A stretch of 38,158 nt of DNA from Faecalibacterium prausnitzii (GTDB lineage Bacteria; Bacillota_I; Bacilli_A; RFN20; CAG-826). Position 1 is the stretch's first letter. Each line of letters opens with the position of its first letter. Made by a program: the position numbers and the translations under genes. This document shows, piece after piece, positions 18,356-25,457 of this stretch. The notes under the pieces were generated by a model that saw only the letters and a program-made list of their open reading frames with translations, ran no database searches and was not told the DNA's origin. The stretch covers positions 1 through 38,158 of the forward strand of contig CAVDTI010000109.1 in the NCBI GenBank assembly GCA_963611905.1, given 5' to 3'.

Positions 18356-18808
18356 ATGGAAATCAAAGAAAATAAAAAAGTATCAGAAACTAAAGAAGAC
18401 TACGCAGGTGAAGGACAATGTATAAACGTTTCTTTCCCTGCCTATCATCTAAAAGAGATGAAAGAGTTTTTCATTGCCCAGTTAACCTCGTTAATTAAAT
18501 ACCTTGAAATGATGCAAGGGATATACGGGGAAGATAATTACAAGCAAATAAAAATTTATGAAAATAAAATTAACGCCGTTAAAAATGTAGTAAACGGGGA
18601 AACCTTATCTAGAGGACCAATGAGAACGTTTCATTGGGGTGGAGAATTGGATAGGTGGATTAAAGCAAGCGTGGACGTCGCAAACTGTATCAACGAATTC
18701 AATTTGCCTTATGATGACCAAGCATATACGAAACAGATAGCAGAAATTAGAGTCCAAGAAGAAAAACAAAAAGAAATCGAGAGAAGAAAATACGGAAAAA
18801 ATGAATAG
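18356..18808 (+). CDS. Hypothetical protein (orphan, no recognisable family)
   Basis: 150 aa with a good SD (AAGGAG, 8-nt spacing) and a charged C-terminal tail. I recognise no motifs. Confidence 0.6.
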   Translation: MEIKENKKVSETKEDYAGEGQCINVSFPAYHLKEMKEFFIAQLTSLIKYLEMMQGIYGEDNYKQIKIYENKINAVKNVVNGETLSRGPMRTFHWGGELDRWIKASVDVANCINEFNLPYDDQAYTKQIAEIRVQEEKQKEIERRKYGKNE

Positions 18809-18817
18809 TCTTATAAT

Positions 18818-18857
18818 GGCGTTCCTCCTTTTTAATCTCCGAAAGGTAAGGAACGCC
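18818..18857. terminator. Long interrupted hairpin just after the 150-aa ORF (no U-tract)
   Basis: GGCGTTCCT-CCTTT-(10-nt loop)-AAAGG-TA-AGGAACGCC gives 14 bp in total. Neither strand has a T-run after it. Confidence 0.35.
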
Positions 18858-19160
18858 AAATAAGTCTATAAAATTAAAATCTCTTAACGTAATAAGAATA
18901 GTTTGCATCTTGGCTTTGATAAGTTTAGTTGATTTGAAGACCGCAATCGTTCCTAAGTCCTTGCCTTCAAATCTTTTTTCTTTTAAGTAAATCTTTAAAT
19001 CGTGATGAACGTCATCACTCAAAGAAATCATGCCGATTGTTTCGTTTTTATAAATTATTGCCAAAAGAATATGCCCTTCTCTTTGCTTCTTAAAGCTTTT
19101 GATTCTATTTTCACATTCATAGCCATCCAGAAATTCTCTTAAAACATAAAAAACAAAAAA
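18858..19160 (-). pseudogene. Possible 5'-truncated GNAT-type acetyltransferase remnant
   Basis: The frame is open from the stop at 19161-19163 with no ATG. It reads ...YVLREFLDGYECENRIKSFKKQREGHILLAIIYKNETIGMISLSDD...EGKDLGTIAV..., which is weakly GNAT-like. The track start at 19064 is TTG, and the ORF tail (18747-18857) merely reads through the hairpin. Confidence 0.3.
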
Positions 19161-19269
19161 TCATTTGCATTTCTCACTTATTTTTTAAAACCAGCTATTT
19201 TTTACGGCATTTACTTAACTTCTCATTTGATCCAAACTATAAGCAATTTTACGATTTATCTTTGTTTGT

Positions 19270-19395
19270 CCTCTGTGAATTCACACCAATTGCCCTTGTT
19301 ACCCTCAGAGAGCTTTCACCTCATCATCGCGATCACTTATTCCAGTCTCGCCCACATAGCAGACGGTTTAAGGTTACCCCCCTTCGTCCATGTGT
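19270..19395 (-). ncRNA. Candidate structured RNA of unknown class
   Basis: 126 nt at about 50% GC by hand count (63/126) in AT-rich surroundings. It is purine-rich on the minus strand, has stops in all frames, and shows nested helices (CACAU..GACG..AAGG/CCUU..CGUC..AUGUG; CUCUG...GUGAAUUCAC...CAGAG). It starts directly after a terminator. Confidence 0.3.
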
Positions 19396-19423
19396 AAAAA
19401 AAGATCATGGTTGCCCATGATCC
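19396..19423 (-). terminator. Rho-independent terminator of the 692-aa lipoprotein gene
   Basis: The minus strand reads GGATCATGG-GCAA-CCATGATC followed by TTTTTTT, about 22 nt after the stop. Confidence 0.8.
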
Positions 19424-19445
19424 TTTTGAATATAAAGCAAATCTT

Positions 19446-21524
19446 TTATTCAGCAGAAGAAGATGCGAAATAGAAGCCTCCAACCATGCCATCTCCGCCA
19501 GCAGTAATCTCGATTTTAACGGAAACGGTTTGATCAACGTAATCAACTAAATCATAAGTTACAACAGACCATCCGGCATTTGCAACAAGAGTGGTTCCAT
19601 CTAAAGTAGCTGGATCCCCTTCCGCAATCGTAGGCGTAACGGCAACATCATTTACAGTGAGAGAATATTTAGCGCCATTGCCATGACCACGCAAATCAAT
19701 CGTCCAGACTGTATTTGAAGAAACAACCTGAACCTCGTTAACAGATAACGAATCTGCGTTATTAACGTGGAAATCAAGGCCCTCATTCCTTACATCAAAA
19801 TTGCTTCTATGATAAGCGTAAACACCAGTTGGATTCTCTGCATATGCCGTCCAAGCATTTTTGGCGTTTTCATCATTCTTTGAAACAGATCCGATAAATT
19901 TACCTGTACTAGCTGTGGTTAATTTGTCATTTGCAAAGTAGAATCCGCCAACCATTGCGTCACCACCAGCAACTATCTCTACTTTAAGTGTTACTACTTG
20001 GCCAATATATGAATCAAGACCAAAAGAGATAGTCGTCCAGCCATCATTGACATGAACCTTGCCGTCTTCATCCACTGTCGCTTTCAACTCAGCGTCCTCA
20101 GCTTTTTGGCAAGCTGAAATAGTTGGAACGACCTTTGTCTCATCAACATAGAAATAGAATTGTGAATTACGATCTCCAAATGAGCGAAGATCGACTTTCC
20201 AGGTTGAAGAAGCGGAATCAACTGTCACTTTTGTAGAAACAAAGCCTTGATAATTTTCATGAAGTTTAAGGCCTTCACTAGCAACTGTAGCTTGATTTGA
20301 CCATTCATAAACGGATCCATCTTTATCAAGTTCCGATGTCCATGCTGTATTGGCAGCACCGTCATTTCCATATGTCGATCCAACAAACTTATCGCTATCA
20401 GCCGTTGTAACGTTAGATTTGAAGCTGACTTTGTTAACGCATGTTGATGAGTTTGTTAAGCCAACAAACCAGACCCATACTTTTTGTCCAACATAGGAAG
20501 ACAAGTCATATGAGAAGGTTAGATATTCATCAGACTGAATCGAAACTGTATCATTGCCGTTTGCATCCTCAAGAAGAGTTGCATTGACATATACTTGCAT
20601 TTTTGAGTCTTCGCCTCTGAAATTTCGAGCCGAAATTGTCATAGATGATGTAGCAGCCGTAATTTCTCTGGCTTGATAATGAGCTGCGCCATATTCAATG
20701 CCAACGCCTTCGGAATAAGTGCCGCGCTTCACCTCATCAGCAACATACCAATCAGGTAAGGCTCCATCAGTTAAAGAGTAATTGGCTCCTGTTTTGATAT
20801 CACTATCGGCAATACTCGCTACATAAGTTTTGGATTCACTCCAGTCGGAATCTTGATAACGTGGTGTGTCAGTAGAAGCTGTCGCCTGAACCTTATATTT
20901 AACAACCTTGCCATATTTCGATGGATCAACTGATGTGGCAGTCTTTCCGAGATCAAATTCACGTGCTCCACCTTGAATATCAAGCTTAATATTATCAGCT
21001 TTGCTATGGATATTTGTAAGAGACCCATCATCACCGATTACTGGTGTTGGAAGCTTGCTTACTGTCGCCGTAAATTTAACGACATTAGATGCAGGAGAAT
21101 CTAGATATGAACCACTACTATTCTTGGCAATTACAGAATATGAATGTTCATTAACATCTACGATTGCTAACTGGTAGGTCAATTCCGAGATTGTTGCTAT
21201 CTTGTTCGTGCCATCATACACTTCGTATTGATCAGCATTGCTAACAGCAACCCAGCTAAGCGTCTCTGTCTCTGTATCAATAGATAAAGTCGTAGCTGAC
21301 AAAGCGGTTTTTTCTTGTGATGATTCCGATTTAGATTCTGACTTGTCTGTTGATGATTGTGATTCTTTGCTAGACGAAGAACTAGACGAAGAAGTCGACT
21401 CTTTCTTTGATGAGGTCGAACTTTCAGATGATACTTCGCTAGAGGACGAGGAAGGGTGAGAATCGCTACAACCCGCCAAAAGTAATGACGAAGCTAGTAG
21501 CAGCAAAAGTTTTTTCGTTTTCAT
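19446..21524 (-). CDS. Surface lipoprotein: Ser-rich linker, FN3-like domain, three tandem beta-sandwich (CBM-like) modules
   Basis: 692 aa with lipobox LAGC and a roughly 50-aa Ser-rich spacer. An FN3-like segment (LSWVAVSNADQYEVY) is followed by three related modules that end VWVWFVGL..., VEIVAGGDAMVGGFYFA and IEITAGGDGMVGGFYFA. Confidence 0.85.
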   Translation of the reverse strand: MKTKKLLLLLASSLLLAGCSDSHPSSSSSEVSSESSTSSKKESTSSSSSSSSKESQSSTDKSESKSESSQEKTALSATTLSIDTETETLSWVAVSNADQYEVYDGTNKIATISELTYQLAIVDVNEHSYSVIAKNSSGSYLDSPASNVVKFTATVSKLPTPVIGDDGSLTNIHSKADNIKLDIQGGAREFDLGKTATSVDPSKYGKVVKYKVQATASTDTPRYQDSDWSESKTYVASIADSDIKTGANYSLTDGALPDWYVADEVKRGTYSEGVGIEYGAAHYQAREITAATSSMTISARNFRGEDSKMQVYVNATLLEDANGNDTVSIQSDEYLTFSYDLSSYVGQKVWVWFVGLTNSSTCVNKVSFKSNVTTADSDKFVGSTYGNDGAANTAWTSELDKDGSVYEWSNQATVASEGLKLHENYQGFVSTKVTVDSASSTWKVDLRSFGDRNSQFYFYVDETKVVPTISACQKAEDAELKATVDEDGKVHVNDGWTTISFGLDSYIGQVVTLKVEIVAGGDAMVGGFYFANDKLTTASTGKFIGSVSKNDENAKNAWTAYAENPTGVYAYHRSNFDVRNEGLDFHVNNADSLSVNEVQVVSSNTVWTIDLRGHGNGAKYSLTVNDVAVTPTIAEGDPATLDGTTLVANAGWSVVTYDLVDYVDQTVSVKIEITAGGDGMVGGFYFASSSAE

Positions 21525-21537
21525 AACTTTCCTTTCT

Positions 21538-21552
21538 AAAAAAACGGTTTCC
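21538..21552. promoter_or_regulatory. Partial copy of the locus palindrome (AAAAAAACGGTTTCC = GGAAACCGTTTTTTT)
   Basis: A 13-nt match to the 17-mer at 30953 and 33669. It lies just upstream of the SD of the 692-aa lipoprotein gene, in the divergent intergenic region. Confidence 0.45.
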
Positions 21553-21623
21553 TGATAATTTAATTATACAGCCAAAACAATAAAATGAAAGCCCTTTCTT
21601 TAAAAAGAGCAAGACAACTCTGC

Positions 21624-21652
21624 TTAACAAAAACTTTATTCCTTTTTATAAT
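21624..21652 (+). promoter_or_regulatory. Near-consensus sigma-70 promoter TTAACA-N17-TATAAT placed six nt before the ATG (leaderless geometry)
   Basis: TTAACA is at 21624-21629 and TATAAT at 21647-21652, followed by ttcgat and the ATG at 21659. There is no SD. Confidence 0.55.
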
Positions 21653-21658
21653 TTCGAT

Positions 21659-22510
21659 ATGTTAAAGCGAATGGGAAGCAATAAAGAAAATTCTAAAAAA
21701 GATCGTTTACCAGAAAACAGGAAAGATCAATTTTTATTGTTATTAAAGAATAACTATATGAAAATGGTTATTTTTTCGATGATTGCTTTCGTTTTTGTGA
21801 TACCTATCATAGTTTTATTCATCGTAATGAACTATCAAACATCTCTATTGTTACAAGAAGATGGAGCAAATAAAGGAAACGTTATTTTCTCTGCTTGTTT
21901 GTCCTTTTCCCTTTACGTTTTGCCTCTTATAGCCCTACTTGGTTTGGGTTTTGCAGGTTTATTTTCCATAATGAAAGGCTTTGTGTATAACGAACCGGTT
22001 TTTTATTCTTCGTTTTTTATAGGCATCAAAAAGAACTATAAGCAATTCTTGTTCATTGCATACTTTACCTATTTGTTTTTTGTTCTTTTCCTTTTGACTT
22101 TTGCACGTTTCTATTATTTTTCTATTGGTCCATCAATCCTAAGATATGCGTTGATATCCTTAAGCGCAATTGTCTTTTTTGTCGTTCTAATAATGGCACA
22201 ATATATGTGCACTGCAGCTGTTAGATATGAATCAAGCTTTAAACAATTGCTAGCCAATGCTTTCAAATTGGTTTTTCACAAATGTTATTTCAATCTTCTT
22301 ATAGCAGTTTTATCTGTCGCCCCATGGTTGATAGCCATCTTTTTTAACGTAATAATTCAAATGATCGTGTTTTTATTTATGTTCGTGTATTTGTTAAGCT
22401 TTTTTGCCCTATTACTGACCTCATACCACGCCTCGATATATGATGAGTTCGTCAACAAAGATAAATTTCCCTCAATATATCGAGCTGGATTAGAGAAAAA
22501 ATCAGATTAA
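21659..22510 (+). CDS. YesL-like (DUF624) polytopic membrane protein
   Basis: 283 aa, with 5-6 hydrophobic helices after a basic N-terminus. Its position next to a sugar ABC system is typical of YesL/DUF624. The assignment rests on resemblance only. Confidence 0.5.
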   Translation: MLKRMGSNKENSKKDRLPENRKDQFLLLLKNNYMKMVIFSMIAFVFVIPIIVLFIVMNYQTSLLLQEDGANKGNVIFSACLSFSLYVLPLIALLGLGFAGLFSIMKGFVYNEPVFYSSFFIGIKKNYKQFLFIAYFTYLFFVLFLLTFARFYYFSIGPSILRYALISLSAIVFFVVLIMAQYMCTAAVRYESSFKQLLANAFKLVFHKCYFNLLIAVLSVAPWLIAIFFNVIIQMIVFLFMFVYLLSFFALLLTSYHASIYDEFVNKDKFPSIYRAGLEKKSD

Positions 22511-23995
22511 AGCAGTTCCATTCTCGTCATCCAAGAAAAGATGAATATTATCTTCATTGAAAGTAACAAATGCCTTATCGTGTGGATTGATTTTCGTCGT
22601 CGCTGGAGCTGTTATTGCTAATTGAGCGCCATTCAATAAACCATGAACAATGAATTGCGCACCAAGGAGCTCTACTATTGTCGTTTCAATCATTTGTCCT
22701 TTGTCATTGATCAATATGTCTTCTGGACGAATGCCAAGCGTTACCTCGAGGCTGCCTTTTTCAATTCTGTCCTTCAATGAAGAAATGTATTTATTTCGCT
22801 TTCCTAAAACTTCGTCGTTTTTAACCACCTCAACAACGTCGACCTTTTTCTTATTAATTCTCGTGGCCAAATTTGATTTTGTATAATAGTCAGTAATGTT
22901 ATCTTTTATAGTTAACGAATTTCTTTCGTAGTTTTCAACGAAAGATTTCAACTTTTCTTTTATCGTTTCGATTTGTTTTTTATCTAACTTAAAAGTGACA
23001 CCGCCAACATCGATATGACCATCGTTTATATTGTAGGTTGCATTAAGCAAATTCATTGCTGGACTTCCAATGAAGGTGGCAACAAAACGATTTGCTGGAT
23101 TACGATATATCTCCTCCGGCTTTCCTATTTGTTGAATGTAGCCCTTATTCATAACAATGATTTTATCCGCCATAGTCATCGCTTCGGTCTGATCATGTGT
23201 AACATAAATTGTAGTTGCTCCTATCTTTTCATGAAGATCAACTATTTCGCTTCTCATGGCGACACGAAGCTTAGCATCAAGATTGCTAAGCGGTTCATCC
23301 ATCAAGAAAAGCTTCGGGCTTCTTACTATAGCTCGCCCTAAGGCAACACGTTGTTGTTGACCACCAGAAAGAGATTTTGGCTTTTGGTTAAGAAATTGTT
23401 CAATATCGAGAACTTTGGCGGCGTTTTTAATACGTGCATCAATCTCATCTTTTGAATATTTGATGTTCTGGAAAGCTGGAATTGGATTTGATTTGACTTC
23501 AACTATTTTATCTTCAAAATCCTTAATCTCGTTTTTCAAAAATAAACGTTCGTCATCAGTTAAATTCTTTTTCTTTAAGCTTTTTGAAGCAATTTTGATT
23601 TGCTTCTCTAAATATTTGATTGTTTTAGAATCAATCACCATTTCCTGATTTCCATCCTTGTCAAGCTTAGGAACCTTGATTCTATGGTTCTTTAAACCAA
23701 AGGCCATATTCTCATAAACGGTCATGTGAGGATAGAGGGCGTAATTCTGAAAAACCATCGCAACATCACGATCTTGTGGTGAAACATTGTTAAACAAAAT
23801 GCCATCAACATAAAGTTCACCATCACTAATGCTTTCTAATCCTGCAATCATACGGAGCGTAGTACTTTTCCCGCATCCAGAAGGACCGACAAATACAACA
23901 AACTCCTTATCTTTTATGTCAAAAGAAAAATCATGAACGGCATGAAAACCATTGTCATAGATTTTATTAATATTTCGCAAGATGACATTTGCCAT
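22502..23995 (-). CDS. Sugar ABC transporter ATP-binding protein (MsmK/UgpC/MalK type) with a roughly 75-aa insertion
   Basis: 497 aa with Walker [11 protein letters not shown]-loop [10 protein letters not shown], signature LSGGQQQR, Walker [13 protein letters not shown] and a C-terminal MalK-like regulatory domain. A charged insertion lies between FGLK and the signature motif. Confidence 0.9.
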   Translation of the reverse strand: MANVILRNINKIYDNGFHAVHDFSFDIKDKEFVVFVGPSGCGKSTTLRMIAGLESISDGELYVDGILFNNVSPQDRDVAMVFQNYALYPHMTVYENMAFGLKNHRIKVPKLDKDGNQEMVIDSKTIKYLEKQIKIASKSLKKKNLTDDERLFLKNEIKDFEDKIVEVKSNPIPAFQNIKYSKDEIDARIKNAAKVLDIEQFLNQKPKSLSGGQQQRVALGRAIVRSPKLFLMDEPLSNLDAKLRVAMRSEIVDLHEKIGATTIYVTHDQTEAMTMADKIIVMNKGYIQQIGKPEEIYRNPANRFVATFIGSPAMNLLNATYNINDGHIDVGGVTFKLDKKQIETIKEKLKSFVENYERNSLTIKDNITDYYTKSNLATRINKKKVDVVEVVKNDEVLGKRNKYISSLKDRIEKGSLEVTLGIRPEDILINDKGQMIETTIVELLGAQFIVHGLLNGAQLAITAPATTKINPHDKAFVTFNEDNIHLFLDDENGTALI

Positions 23996-24032
23996 GATGG
24001 TATCTCCTTATTAGATTAGAAATTGCTGTTAT

Positions 24033-25445
24033 TTATGCATAAAGTTTGGCACTAAGCAAGACACAATGATTCACGTTTTTATTGATTGAAGCTAAAGTAA
24101 GCGTCACGGTTTTGCCTATGTAATTAGCAAAATCGTAAGTGTACGTGAAATGAGGATCCCCTACACCTGCTTCAACCGTAACATATTCGGTATCAACACC
24201 ATTTGCTTTGACAATATCTCCATCAACGCTAGTGGTAACCTTTGCCTTGTCCGTATCTTGATTTACAAACATACGCCAACTTACGCTGAAGTATCTTTTT
24301 TCGGTTGTTAAGGCGATTTTTATTGAAGCCTTACCGCTTCCGGCAAAATCTGGCCCCTCATTGATTGAATTAACCGAAGAAGTATACCAATCAGAGAAGA
24401 AAGCGGTCTTATTTTCCCATGCGACATTATCGCTTAAGCTGGCTCCTGCTTTTTCTAGCATCGCCACCGATGTTATGCAGCAATGCGTCGCAGCAGCTTC
24501 ATAGAACTTTATGAAGACGTTTTGTCCAACGTAATCTGATAAATCGTAGACAAAATCAACAGGAGAGTCGCTGCAAAGAGTAACATACTCTGTTTCGGAG
24601 TCATTCGCTTTAACAAGTGCTCCATCAATATAAACGTAAAATTTAGGATTTGTTTCGCCATCACGAACGAAATTTCTAATTGAAACCTTAAGGAATTTCG
24701 TCTCGTTTGTAATGCTATGATAAACAAAGGCTGTAGCTCCGGCCTTCATATCAAAGCCTTCCCCTACACCGGTGTCGTAATCACCAGTTCTTGTCCATTC
24801 TTCATATAAAGACTTGCGGTTCCAAGAGGTCGTGGTATTTAAAGTAATACCCTCAACATTTTTGTAGACAACAGTATTTGATAAAGGCGAAAGCTCATCG
24901 CCGCGTTTTGCTTGGACTTGAAGATTGTAGCCACCAACTTCGCTAAAAGAAAGCGTGTAAGAGGTTGTTTCAACATCAACAAGATATTCTCCATTACTAT
25001 ATATACAGTATTTCTCAGCACCAACAACTTCGTTCCAAGACAACGTTTTATCGCTTAAAGAAATGGTCGGAGCAAGGAGAGCTGCTGGTTTTTCGTAGGT
25101 GTAAGATACGGCGTTGCTCTTATCGCTATCCAAATAGACTCCATTTCTATCGATGGCTTGGATATAGTAAGAATAAGTGCCGCTTTCTTCCAATGATATC
25201 TCATAAGATAAAGTATTAAGATGGCCATATTTGATTTGACCATTTTCATAAAGCCTATACGACGTGGCGTTATCGATTTTTTCCCAACTAATTAAATTGT
25301 TTTCGATTTTAATCACTGGCGAAGCTAGTTTCTTAATGACCTCACTAGATGAAATATCCTGAGTTTTGCTAGAAGAAGCTGGTGTTGAGCATCCCACTAA
25401 AAGAAATAATGAGACTGGAAATAAAAGCAAGTTATTCTTTTTCAT
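24033..25445 (-). CDS. Surface lipoprotein: two FN3-like domains plus two beta-sandwich (CBM-like) modules
   Basis: 470 aa with lipobox LVGC. It has FN3-like repeats (LISWEKIDNATSYRLYENG, LSWNEVVGAEKYCIYSNG) and two modules carrying FVYDLSDYVGQNV and YTYDFANYIGKTV. Confidence 0.85.
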   Translation of the reverse strand: MKKNNLLLFPVSLFLLVGCSTPASSSKTQDISSSEVIKKLASPVIKIENNLISWEKIDNATSYRLYENGQIKYGHLNTLSYEISLEESGTYSYYIQAIDRNGVYLDSDKSNAVSYTYEKPAALLAPTISLSDKTLSWNEVVGAEKYCIYSNGEYLVDVETTSYTLSFSEVGGYNLQVQAKRGDELSPLSNTVVYKNVEGITLNTTTSWNRKSLYEEWTRTGDYDTGVGEGFDMKAGATAFVYHSITNETKFLKVSIRNFVRDGETNPKFYVYIDGALVKANDSETEYVTLCSDSPVDFVYDLSDYVGQNVFIKFYEAAATHCCITSVAMLEKAGASLSDNVAWENKTAFFSDWYTSSVNSINEGPDFAGSGKASIKIALTTEKRYFSVSWRMFVNQDTDKAKVTTSVDGDIVKANGVDTEYVTVEAGVGDPHFTYTYDFANYIGKTVTLTLASINKNVNHCVLLSAKLYA

Positions 25446-25457
25446 AGTTCATTCTCC

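Noticed and set aside
18019-18425. The 62-aa and 82-aa plus-strand ORFs as small proteins
   Set aside because: Neither has an SD. The first starts at TTG. The first simply translates the CG-palindrome island and runs through the terminator hairpin, and the second is low-complexity (K-rich) and overlaps the real ORF's SD and start. Both are treated as non-coding.
19270-19395. T-box leader, glycine riboswitch, TPP riboswitch or fluoride riboswitch identity for the structured segment
   Set aside because: There are local resemblances: GCGAUGAUGAGG and GGUGAAAGCU look like T-box stem I, and GAAGGGG and AAGGGCAA look glycine-like. The defining elements are absent: no T-box GGUGGUACCGCG plus terminator/antiterminator, no CUGAGA...ACCUGAUCUGGAUAAUGCCAGCG, and no paired glycine aptamer cores. 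No intact gene lies downstream. The class is left as unknown.
21315-21455. The Ser-rich linker as a simple-sequence contingency locus
   Set aside because: Serine codons are mixed, and only one 2 x 12-nt duplication exists. There is no homopolymeric or multi-copy short repeat typical of phase-variable loci.
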